Origin: Octopus sinensis
Taxonomy: Eukaryota
DNA: 64,000 nucleotides
Assembly: GCF_006345805.1 (NCBI RefSeq)
Contig: NC_043004.1
Span: 50,096,001-50,160,000 of the forward strand
Reading direction: 5' to 3'
Shown: in pieces, positions 1 through 11,260 of the stretch
Numbering within the stretch: position 1 is the stretch's first letter
How the letters are laid out: every line of letters begins with the position of its first letter
Translations under genes and position numbers: made by a program
Notes under the pieces: generated by a model
The model's database searches: none
What the model was told of the DNA's origin: nothing
Seen by the model: only the letters and a program-made list of their open reading frames with translations

Positions 1-79
1 TCACAATGTCTAATTGCTTGGTGTCTGCGGTTGATATCTTCTGTGTTCCTACGCGGAGTTACGTGTATAGAGAGAGAGA

Positions 80-480
80 GGCGCAGGAGTGGCTGTGTGG
101 TAAGTAGCTTGTTTACCAACCACATGGTTCCGGGTTCAGTCCCACTGCGTGGCACCTTGGGCAAGTGTCTTCTACTATAGCCTCGGGCCGACCAAAGCCT
201 TGTGAGTGGATTTGGTAGACGGAAACTGAAAGAAGCCCGTCGTATATATATATATATATATTTAGTGTTGTTTTGTGTGTCTGTGTTTGTCCCCCTAGCA
301 TTGCTTGACAACCGATGCTGGTGTTTATGTCCCCGTTACTTAGCGGTTCGGCAAAAGAGACCGATAAAATAAGTATTGGGCTTACAAAAGAATAAGTCCC
401 GGGGTCGAGTTGCTCGACTAAAGGCAGTGCTCCAGCATGGCCGCAGTCAAATGACTGAAACAAGTAAAAGAGTAAAAGAG
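80..480 (+). mobile_element. SINE family A (tRNA-derived head, internal (TA)n/(TG)n, (GTAAAAGA)n tail), full length with 13-bp TSD
   Basis: Head GGCGCAGGAGTGGCTGTGTGGTAAG...GGTTCAGTCC (A/B-box-like); recurs >10 times in the window; direct repeat GAGTTACGTGTAT at 56-68 and 482-494. Confidence 0.9.
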
Positions 481-900
481 AGAGTTACGTGTATTCACTT
501 TTTCATCGCGGAATCCATCACAAAACACTCATAATGTATCGAATTGGATGCAAATATATTTGATATATAAGTTGTAAGCCAAGAATTTTATTTGATGAAA
601 ATTATTTAAATAGAAAACTGAATTTGATATTAAGTACTATGAGGTAGACTCCCGACGTGCTTTGTTATCAATGGAATTCTCATTGACGCATAATTTAGAC
701 ACCATTGTTACTTTATTTTCCAATAATGGTTCATACGTTAAAACAGCAAAATCTTTCATCTTATATGTACATTAAAGTCAATGATACGCTATCACACAGA
801 GTGTGTATATGTGTATGTATGTATGTATTATGTATGTATGTATGTATGTATGTATGTATTGTATGCATCTCTCTCTCCTCTCTCTCTCTCTATATATATA

Positions 901-934
<34 letters not shown>

Positions 935-936
<2 letters not shown>

Positions 937-957
937 GATAGATAGACAGATAGATAA

Positions 958-1009
<52 letters not shown>

Positions 1010-1030
1010 TAGAGAGAGGATGGATGGATA

Positions 1031-1119
<89 letters not shown>

Positions 1120-1171
1120 GAAGAGATAGATATGCTTCTTTATTAGCCACACGGCTGCACACAGATAGAAC

Positions 1172-1211
<40 letters not shown>

Positions 1212-1260
1212 GATAGATAGATAGATAAGATAGATAGATAGATGGATGGATGGATGGATG

Positions 1261-1345
<85 letters not shown>
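935..1345. repeat. (GATA)n/(GGAT)n microsatellite with an embedded ~35-bp LINE 3' end fragment
   Basis: Direct reading; TCTTTATTAGCCAC..GGCTGCACACAGA (~1137-1165) resembles the Tx1-like 3' end at 8521-8560. Confidence 0.9.
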
Positions 1346-1346
<1 letters not shown>

Positions 1347-1552
1347 GTTAGAGAAAGAATCTGTACTGGAATGAAAATATGCAGCAACAAAAGAAAATAT
1401 ACAAAGATGGCGACCGGAATACATCCTTCTGATCTTGCCTTCGGTTGCAATCAGCTTAGTTTCAACTAAATGAATTAAATTACCTATGCGCTACTTTCGA
1501 TAATGAGTACTTTTTCTCCGTTTCGTAACAACTCAAGTATATGCATATATGA

Positions 1553-1576
1553 ATGTATATATATATATATTATATA

Positions 1577-1626
<50 letters not shown>

Positions 1627-1682
1627 ATATATAATATATATATATATATATGTATATACATATATATATAATATATTATATA

Positions 1683-1781
<99 letters not shown>

Positions 1782-1782
1782 G

Positions 1783-1821
<39 letters not shown>

Positions 1822-1907
1822 CTATATATATATATTATACATACAGATATATACATATATATATGCATACATATATATATATATTTATACATACAGATAT
1901 ATACATA

Positions 1908-1946
<39 letters not shown>

Positions 1947-2020
1947 TAGAGAGAAGAGAGGAGAGAGAGAGAGAGAGAGATTCATACATACAATACACAC
2001 ACACACACATACACACATAT
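1553..2020. repeat. Compound (TA)n/(TACA)n/(GA)n/(CA)n microsatellite
   Basis: Direct reading; accounts for the YIYI-type ORFs. Confidence 0.95.
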
Positions 2021-2764
2021 AAGTACGATGGCACTATAATCATTGGTTCCACGTAAAATAATTGTAGTCCATTAAATTATATACGCTGCTATATACACCT
2101 TTACTTTCAACATTATTGTCGTCCTCCTCCTCCTCATCAACATTATCATCCTCATCATCATCCAAGAATTGCATTACGTATATCATTGAACTAGTTACGG
2201 GAGGGTATATTAAAGGACGTACGCCAACACAATTCACAATACAGTCAGACCTGATCAAATACTCTGTATGTAACAGAACAGGTCTGATTCTAGAGTGGTT
2301 GAGTGGCTGTCTATGCTACAACAAGAGCATCATCATCAACCACCACCAACACCACAACAGCAACAACAACAACAAAAGAGTGCGTCAGATTAGCTCACTC
2401 TTACATCGCGAGTCTACAAACATCCCCTCTCCTTCTCTCAGCCCACTGCAGTATGGTGAAAGCAGCAGCACTGTAATTCAATCAATTCATTCTCGCGTTA
2501 TTTAAAAGGGCAACATCATAGTATTTAGCTGCAACTCACCTGTGCCTCGTTAGCCTCACACATGTCTTTCTGCTCTCTTTCGGTTCGGTTCAGTTTCAGC
2601 TTCATTCTCTCATATCACGCCACACAATAGTTTAAAATACTAAACTACTATTAAGTAACCATAAGGAAAACCGAAACCAAAATGCCCAAAATATTGCAGA
2701 CAGCCACTAACACTGCATTCCTTCTCTTTTATGTAATACTACCCTATACACATTTCTGCATATA

Positions 2765-2809
<45 letters not shown>

Positions 2810-2923
2810 TGTGTGTGCGTGCGGGTGTGCATGTATCTATGTAACATACATATCTTACATACAATACATATATATATATATAGATATATATTATATATAT
2901 ATATATGAATAATATATATATAA

Positions 2924-3103
2924 GGCGCAGGAGTGGCTGTGTGGTAAGTAGCTTGCTAACCAACCACATGGTTCCGGTTCAGTGCCACTGCCTGGGTGGC
3001 ATCTTGGCAAGTGTCTTCTGCTATAGCCCCGGGCCGACCAATGCCTTGTGAGTGGATTTGGTAGACGGAAACTGAAAGAAGCCTGTCGTATATATGTATA
3101 TTA

Positions 3104-3149
<46 letters not shown>

Positions 3150-3364
3150 ATGTGTTGTGTGTCTGTGATTGTCTCCCTAGCATTGCTTGACAACCGATGC
3201 TGGTGTGTTTGCGTCCCCGTCACTTGGCGGTTCGGCAAAGGAGACCGATAGAATAAGTACTGGACTTACAAAAGAATAAGTCCCGGGGTCGAGTTACTCG
3301 ATTAAAGGCGGTGCTCCAGCATGGCCGCAGTCAAATGACTGAAACAAGTAAAAGAGTAAAAGAG
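2924..3364 (+). mobile_element. SINE family A, full length
   Basis: Colinear with 80-480; same head and GTAAAAGAG tail. Confidence 0.9.
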
Positions 3365-3384
3365 TATATGCATATATATATATA

Positions 3385-3575
3385 ACGTGGGGTAGATGAA
3401 ACAGGGACAACTGATGAAGGGGAACTTTCTTTATGTTGCATGTCTCGTTTCTCTGTTTTTTTCATTGTTCGAAAAAATGTTCGTTTTCTATGTTTTTGTT
3501 CTTATATTTTTGTTCTTATATTTTTGCTCTTATGTTTTCGTTTCTCATTGTGTTTAACGTTTTTTGATGTCCTTA
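3385..3575 (+). mobile_element. Fragment of (TA)n-associated repeat family F (putative Penelope pLTR-derived)
   Basis: GTAGATGAAAC...CTGATGAAGGGG...TTTTCGTTTCTCATTGTGTT is shared with 27100-27260 and, in reverse, 44890-45060. Confidence 0.55.
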
Positions 3576-3818
3576 AATACAAGAAAGTATTTAAGAAAAT
3601 ATTCTTTTCTTAAATACTTTCTTGTAAACTGTTTTAACATTTTTTTTATTGTTATCAAAGAATGAATATATGTATTTTAATACTTTTGTGACAACCAGTA
3701 TTTAACACAACAAAGCTTATACAAAGCTTTACATTTTACTTTTCACAATCTTTTTCTAAAAAAGTGAAAACGGTCAAGTGAATAGACATCTTTAAATTTG
3801 CATTCTCAAACCTTCTTT

Positions 3819-3873
<55 letters not shown>

Positions 3874-3971
3874 CGGGAAGCTTTATGAAAATAGACAAAA
3901 GACGAAGGCAGGTGGGAAACAAACAAACAATTGTATTAGTATGGCGCTCAGGAAATATAAATAAAACAAGT

Positions 3972-4007
3972 CTTTAACGTTTCGAGCCTACGCTCTTCAA
4001 CAGAAAG
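3972..4007 (-). ncRNA. Minimal type I hammerhead-like motif (core variant CUGUUGA)
   Basis: Minus strand: CTTT-CTGTTGA-A-GAGC-gtag-GCTC-GAAA-CG-TT-AAAG; same architecture as 46861-46895. Confidence 0.6.
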
Positions 4008-4177
4008 ATACACAGAAAAGAAACACGGAAAGAAACAAGGAGAGAAAAAAAATGCGTGCAGAAGCTAGCGAATCAACATGGCAATCTGATTTCGGCCAGA
4101 GGTCAAAGATCAAACATGAGACGCGAGAGCGAAATAAGGGGAGATAATAGGGTTGATAATAGGGTTGAATGACCAGC

Positions 4178-4501
4178 TATTAGTGCGTAGGAGAGGTCTG
4201 GACGTCTGTATGTATAGGGTTGGTGTATGTATTAGTATGTATAAGGGTGTGTGTGTGTGTGTGTGTGTATGAGAGAGTATTAGTGCGTATGATAGGTCTG
4301 GACGTGCGTATGTATGGGGTTGGTGTATGTATTAGTATGTATTAGTATGTATTAGTACGTATTAGTATTGTATAAGTGTGTGTGTGTGTGTATGAGAGAG
4401 TATAAGTGCGTAGGAGAGGTCTGGACGTGTGTATGTATAGGGTTGGTGTATGTATTAGTATGTATTAGTATGTATTAGTACGTATTAGTATGTATTAGTT
4501 G

Positions 4502-4510
<9 letters not shown>
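4178..4510. repeat. Three imperfect tandem copies of a ~100-120-bp unit (TATTAGTGCGTAGGAGAGGTCTGGACGT...GGGTTGGTGTATG(TATTAGTATG)n)
   Basis: Unit starts near 4179, 4278 and 4401. Confidence 0.85.
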
Positions 4511-4532
<22 letters not shown>

Positions 4533-4624
4533 CATGCATACATGTATATATATATATATATATATACATGTATACATGTATACATGTATATACATGTATA
4601 CATGTATATATACATGCATACATG

Positions 4625-4693
<69 letters not shown>

Positions 4694-4706
4694 ACATTTA
4701 TATATA

Positions 4707-5094
4707 CAGGAGTGGCTGGTGTTGTAAGTAGCTTGCTAATAAACTACATGCTTCCGGGTTCAGTCCCACTGCGTGGCATCTTGGGCAAGTGTCTTCTGCT
4801 ATAGCTCCGGGCCGACCAATGCCTTGTGAGTGGATTTGGTAGACGGAAACTGAAAGAAGCCTGTCGTATATATGTATATATATATGTATGTGTGTGTATG
4901 TGTTTGTGTGTCTGTGTTTGACAACCGATGCTGGTGTGTTTACGTCCCCGTCACTTAGCGGTTCGGTAAAAGAGACCGATAGAATAAGTACTGGGCTTAC
5001 AAAGAATAAGTCCCGGGGTCGATTTGCTCGACTGAAGGCGGTGCTCCAGCATGGCCGCAGTCAAATGACTGAAACAAGTAAAAGAGTAAAAGAG
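4707..5094 (+). mobile_element. SINE family A (small internal deletion)
   Basis: Colinear with 80-480. Confidence 0.9.
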
Positions 5095-5101
5095 TATATC
5101 T

Positions 5102-5153
<52 letters not shown>

Positions 5154-5373
5154 GTGTGTGTGACCCAAGGATTTCGTGCAAATGCACTTAAGAAAATTTA
5201 ATAAGTGCATTTGCACGAAGCTCACAACCCTAGAATCATTGCTCCAATTTCACAGCAACAATAAAATCATGTAAGTACTCCTTTATGTATAGAGTTTTAT
5301 TTCTCCCCTTTGTATAAATAATTCTACCTGTATATACTTGTACAGGCATGCACATTTATATATATATATAATA

Positions 5374-5900
5374 CAGGGTGTCTGTAAAATTACTATACAG
5401 TTAGGCTGAAAGCAACTCTATGATACGGTTGCTGAGGCATATGTAAGAAGCCCTAAGAAATCAATTCGCCGTGGTAGTTCAGAAATTGGTGTCAAACTTA
5501 CAAAACTTACAAAACTAAATATGAAACCATACATTCCGCGCTTCTGGAGGATAATCCTGATCGAAGGTCTCAATTTTGCGAAGATTTTCTAAGTTAAGGA
5601 AGCCAAGTTTGTAAGTCAGCGGAAGTCAAGAAGTATTGAAGCTCTTCGGCAGTTCTTTATTGATGCATTGGCTAAAATTGATCCAGACTTGTGTATCAAA
5701 GTTTATCACTGTGTGCTTTCACGTTGTCGAGAATGCATTGAAGCTAATGGCTTACAATTTCAACATTTATCATAACTGTAGTAAATGAAATAGATTGTCT
5801 ATAATGTTACAATATTTTCAAATGTAATACAAATATTTTCTGAAAATATTTTTAGTCTAATCATGATATTTCTTTATTACAAATAACTGTATAGTAATTT
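5374..5900 (+). mobile_element. Internally deleted Tc1/mariner-superfamily DNA transposon; right TIR truncated
   Basis: TA-CAGGGTGTCTGTAAAATTACTATACAGTTA at left; inverted TAACTGTATAGTAATTT at 5884-5900; transposase-like remnants RSPKKSIRR, DNPDRRSQFCEDF and SRCRECIEANGLQFQHL. Confidence 0.75.
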
Positions 5901-6147
5901 GTCATTCAATGCTCGAAATGAGGAGTAGACAGCCGACAACTGATGAAGGGTCGTTCTTTATGTTACTTGTCCTGTTTTCCATTTGTTTCTCTTGTTCCTT
6001 GCATATTGAACTCATTTGCTTTCGTATTTCATGTTTGTTTACTGTTGGTGACGCCCTGTACCCATATATGCATGTGTGTGGTATATGTATATATATATAT
6101 ATGTATATATATATATGTATATATATATGTATTATATATATATATGT

Positions 6148-6243
<96 letters not shown>

Positions 6244-6390
6244 CCGGAGTAAACACATAAATGTGAAACAAGGTGGAAAAAGAGTACTCAACATACCAGG
6301 GGTAGAGTAATATGCTTTATTTAAAAGCATCAGAATTTCAACAAAACCTGTTACTCGGAGTTTCACGTTCCCGTTCGTCGGACAGTTTTG
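6244..6390 (-). mobile_element. Hammerhead-bearing short element family E, copy 1
   Basis: Near-identical to 32115-32267 and 61577-61711; abuts (TA)n at TA|CCGGAGTAA. Confidence 0.8.
6348..6385 (-). ncRNA. Type I hammerhead-like motif (core variant CCGACGA)
   Basis: Minus: CTGT-CCGACGA-ACG-ggaa-CGT-GAAA-CTC-c-GAG-TA-ACAG. Confidence 0.65.
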
Positions 6391-6391
6391 T

Positions 6392-7500
6392 TGTCCCAGT
6401 TAATTTTTGCTCCTGCCACCGCTTCGTAATCACTTATGGCATAACCTATCCACTGTAGGTGTTCGAACCGGGATGCGATGACGGTGATGTCGTCTGCATA
6501 CACCGAAACCGATTTTCCGTGCCCTAGATCTCGCAGATGCCTCTTATAGCCTCCAACTTCCGCTCGAGGGCCAAAACATACAGAAGTGGGGAGAGAGGAT
6601 ACTCTTGACGTACTGTTCGCTCAATACAGAACGGTTCCGAAAAGAAACCGTTCACCCTAACTATCAATTCAATGTTGCTATATAAAGTTTCCGCGGGTGG
6701 TGGGGGTGCAGGTGGTGGATTACACTCTGCCCTTATGTGGACTTTTTGGCCACACTTATAGCAACGAGGTTTCTGTCCTTCCACCATGACCTTTAAATTT
6801 ATTTCTTCTTTGATTAATATGGAATATGGAATCTCTTCTAGGTCAGCGGGGGCAGTTTGAACTATCATCTCTAACCCCTACTCTTGCCAGTCCTGTGATG
6901 AAATTTGGTGGCTTGGAGAATAGTGATTTTTATTTCCAAACCTAAAACCAGTGCTGCTACGAGCCAGGCAACATCAATCTCCGGCGGTATTTCTCCTCCC
7001 TTTACGCTGGAAGTACGTCTTCCAAAGTATGTTGGCAGGAGAACCACCTCTTCAGACTTGAGTGATATCGTCGAATGTTGCCTGGCTTTTTCCTCGTTGT
7101 AAAAACGTACCTCCACTGTGCCATATCTCTTCCCCTTGGCTATATAGGTGATGTCTTGCCACATGGAGCGTAAACATTTTTCTATAGCCTCTTTCGGGAC
7201 CAAGTCAATTCTTTTGTTTTTAATAGAATATGTTTTACATTGTGCCTCTCCTTTTGAAGGAGACCGTTGCACTTTCCTAGTTCGTTTTGTTCGATTTCTA
7301 AGTCTTCTTTGTTTACTCCAGCTACAGCTGCGATATTAGACATCTTTTTATCCTTATTTTTCCCAGAATTGTCTTTGGTTTTCTTTGTCGTGTTTTCCGT
7401 TTGGTCTGCTGGCGCAGGCGATGTCAGTGTCATTGTTTCTAATAATTTTCCATAATATATAAGCCGTTGTCGGAGGAGGATTCACTCATTTTGAGAATAA
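6392..7500 (-). pseudogene. Tx1/L1-clade LINE remnant: ORF1 (zinc knuckle) joined directly to a mid-RT fragment
   Basis: ORF1-like ...KPRCYKCGQKVHIRAEC (CCHC) runs into VRVNGFFSEPF..RTVRQEYPLSPLLYVLALE and VSVYADDITV. Confidence 0.8.
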
Positions 7501-7563
7501 AAATGAGATACAAAAATATTAAGTTTCCCCCTTCAAACAAGGAGAAAACGTAAAGCTACAAGA

Positions 7564-7860
7564 GGAGGCACATGGCCTAGTGGTTAGAGCAGCGGACTCG
7601 CGGTCGAGGGATCGCAGGTTCGAATCTCAGACCGGGCGATGCGTGTGTTTATGAGTGAAACACCTCAGCTCCACGCGGCTCCGGTTGAAGGTAATGGCAA
7701 ACTTCTGCTGATTCTTTCGCCACAACTTTCTCTCACTCTTTCCTCCTGCATCTTACAGCTCACCTGCGATGGACCGGCGTCCCATCCAGGTAGGGAACCT
7801 ATACGCCAAGGAAACTGGGAAACCGGCCCTTATGAGCCAGTCATGGCTTGAGAAGGAACA
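7564..7860 (+). mobile_element. SINE family B (tRNA-Arg-like head) with tail type 1
   Basis: GGAGGCACATGGCCTAGTGGTTAGAGCAGCGGACTCGCGGTCGAGGGATCGCAGGTTCGAATC (A and B boxes); tail shared with 47838-47940. Confidence 0.85.
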
Positions 7861-8335
7861 AATCTGCTACATCGCAAACAAAAAGTGCTTGGAAAAACAC
7901 AAAAGCAGGAGAGTTCAACAAAAACAAATCAACAACAATGTAACAAATACCCTTAAACAGCAGTAGCAAAAAAGACGTTCGATAACTACGTGGTAGGCAG
8001 TTTTAAACTGAAAATGTGTTTTACTGGTTTCTTAAATAATAAAAGAAAATTTTATTACAAGTATACACAAAAGAAAACGAAGACATATAAAAAAAAAGGA
8101 AAATATATATTTTTATATAGTTTTTTTTGTGTATTTGTGCGTGTGTATTTATGTGTGTGTGTATTTATGTGCGTGTGCATACTTTTAAGAAAAATTTTTT
8201 GCTATAGAACATATATTTTTCAGTTTGAAAACGGCTATTTGAAGCTCGAAACTCATATCAGAGTCACTCTGTAAACATTATAATTAAAATAAAAATTATC
8301 CCAAAACAAACGCCATCTCTACTCATTTTTTCATA

Positions 8336-8391
8336 TACATACATACATACATACATACATACTACATACATACATACATACATACATACAT

Positions 8392-8433
<42 letters not shown>

Positions 8434-8445
8434 CGACAGACAGAC

Positions 8446-8522
<77 letters not shown>

Positions 8523-8523
8523 T
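8336..8523. repeat. (TACA)n-(GACA)n-(GATA)n compound microsatellite
   Basis: Direct reading. Confidence 0.95.
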
Positions 8524-9760
8524 CTTTATTAGCCATGCAGGGCCGAACACAGAGGGGACAATACAATGTAGAACTTTTCATTTCGAGAGAAAATAGGGGA
8601 AAAAATACGATCAAAAGGGATCGAAAGCGTTTGGGACGTGTAAACAGCAAAATAAGGCGGGGTAAAATGTAAAACAAATTAGGTTTATCCGGGGAAAGAA
8701 AAGCCTATGGAAAAGACCACGGTAACCTCATGCAGGGAAAGAAACACATGAGAGAAAAGCGCGCTGTCTCTCAAGTGGTTTCGTCATTCACGCATACCAA
8801 CTTTGCTACATTCAACCACCTTTTATTCTATTCTCACCTTCCTTTCGAGTGGTACCTGAAAAAGTTGATGAGCGATTGGCCAGAGAGGAAAGTGTTTGTC
8901 TCTAAACCTTTCGCACGAGTCCACCACACACATTCTTTCACCATAGCCACCAGTACAATGAAAACTGTTGTGCCTTCCCGGTTAAAGGAAGGTGGAGGTG
9001 CAATATTCACGATAGACTCGGCCGATAACCGAATTCGTCCTACACGTGACAGCAGCGGTTAGACATAAGCCAACAGGTCTGAAATGGTTGGACACTGCAC
9101 GAGTGCGTGCAGAACTGTTTCGTCACTCTGATCGCATCTCGGGCAAGTCGGTCCGGCGTATCTCGAACTGTCAGGCCAGGGATCTCTGATGATTGTCCAT
9201 AGGTCCAAGCCCGAAAGTTGTCCTGAACAGGCGGGTCAGGTGTTCCCCGTCGACGCCCAGATTCTCCCTAAGAATATCGTCGCACCTCTCCTCCATTAAT
9301 CGTCTATAGAACGCCTTCGTGGAATTGAAGTCGCACAAGTTTGGTCCTGGACGGCAGAGTTGCTTGAGAGCAAGACGGCACTCGCGGTACCATTCGCCTA
9401 ACCTCGGTCTCTGTTTGATCCATGATTGTAGTTCAGTCAAAGAGACGAGTGTCCCAGTGTCCCACAATGGAGAAGCTGTTGGACGGCATGTGCCTGCCTC
9501 TCCAGGTGCCGAGCCGCAAGCCCACTGACTTTTCCGTGTTAATTTTCGCTCCTGCTACCGCTTCGTATTCTTTTAGTGTCTCATCGATCAGGTTGATATG
9601 CCTGTAGCTCGACAGTATGACGGTGACGTCGTCCGCGTATGCAGACACGTCCCTTCCGCATCCCGGTTCTCGCAGAATGCCCCTTACCGTCGCCAGCTTC
9701 CGCAATAGTGGCTCTAGAGTCAACACGTACAGAAGCGACGAGAGGGTGCATCCTTGGATA
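8521..9760 (-). pseudogene. 5'-truncated Tx1/L1-clade LINE (RT C-terminal part, Cys-rich domain, 3' UTR)
   Basis: IQGCTLSSLLYVLTLEPLLRKL, VSAYADDVTV, AGAKINTEKS, then TCPRCDQSDETVLHALVQC; 3' end GCTAATAAAGA runs into (TATC)n. Confidence 0.85.
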
Positions 9761-9821
9761 GATGACCACTTACGTGAACTACGGAGCGGATGCTGCTGTA
9801 TAAAGCTTTGTAAATTTTTAC

Positions 9822-10180
9822 ATGGTAAGTAGCTTGGTTACCAACCACATGGTCCGGGTTCAGTCCCACTGCGTGGGCAAATGTCTTCTACTATAGTTTC
9901 GGGTCGACCAAAGCCCTGTGAGTGGATTTGGTAGACGGAAACTGAAAGAAGCCCGTCGTATATATGTGTGTTTGTGTGTCTGTGTTTGTCCCCCAACATC
10001 GCTTGACAACAGATGCTGGTGTGTTTATGTCCCCGTAACTTAGCGGTTCGACAAAGAGACCGATAGAATAGGTACTAGGCTTACAAAGAATAAGTTTTGG
10101 GGTCGATTTGTTCGACTAAAGGCGGTGCTCCAGCATGGCCGCAGTCAACTGACTGAAACAAATAAAATAAAATAAAAGAA
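9822..10180 (+). mobile_element. SINE family A
   Basis: Colinear with 80-480; (AAAAT)n tail. Confidence 0.85.
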
Positions 10181-11260
10181 TACGGATTTGAAATTTTGTC
10201 AGTGGGTGTTCTATATACCACTGGTTTATAGTTATGTAATTTTAGCCGATCTTACTGAGTAAATTTGACTTTTATGAGCAGGTAAATTTAATTAACAGGT
10301 GTAAAAGCAATAACATTATGGATAGATACTAAAATTCAAATTTTTAATGCATCTTACCTATTTGATTTGCTACTAAAATTATCCCAGATGGCAACCGACA
10401 AAAATTTTGCCACTTTTCAATTTGAATTAATTAAAATACAGGTATAATCGGCACAAGATTTTATTCTTTCGGTATATTTCGTACCTCGGTGTGGAATAAT
10501 TTTTTCCACAGTTTATTCGGGTGCATTCAGTGTACCTGACCTCCAAACCAGCCGCAAGCCATTTTTTCCGGGGAAGAAAGAAGGGTGGGTGATGGGAACC
10601 AATGGAGTTTTGTTTTGCGGGTCTTTTTTTCTTTTTCAGGTTATTTTGCATGCTTTCAACGAATGTGACATCGAAATCATGCGTAAACGGCTCCTTTTTC
10701 CAGAAAAGGAAATATCTGGCTGCTATTTCTAGCATACCCAGCTACCATGTAACAGCTATTTGCGTTCACACCGAAATATTTACCAACCTTTTTCCTTCCA
10801 TTTATTTTTCCACTTTATGGAAGTCAATATTTTCTCTGTTGATATCCACCTCAGTTAATTTTGTTTTCCTCTCCCAGTTCTGTGCTTTCTGGAAGAAAAG
10901 CCAGTTCTGTCTTTCTGGGGGAAAAGCTTTCACATTATCTCAAAGCTACGAGAATTCACAAACGTGATTTGTTTAATTTTTAAAAGATTTCGTAGAAGAA
11001 TTAGATACAACGGGTTTTAACCGGTTTAAAAACAAAAGGGTTAAAAAGTACCAAAACTATAAAATCAGCCTTTTGGGCCTGGGGTGGGGGGCTTTAGAAC
11101 CCAAAAACTATTATTTTTGTTTTTCCTTTTTTTGCTTTAGAGTTAAAAAATGCTGCTTTTGTAGTTTTTAATTTTAAAGGGCCTAAAAAAAGCTGAAAGA
11201 ATGATGCGTACAATATTATATAGACTGAGACAATCTTTCCAAAAGTTTCCATTATTATTA

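Noticed and set aside
7564-7640. tRNA gene calls at SINE heads (also 22185-22260, 59338-59405)
   Set aside because: No complete cloverleaf or acceptor stem; they continue into SINE bodies
10427-10967. Possible host exon or decayed piggyBac transposase C-terminus
   Set aside because: Only vague motif resemblance, multiple stops, and the region has many homopolymer runs suggesting low-quality consensus
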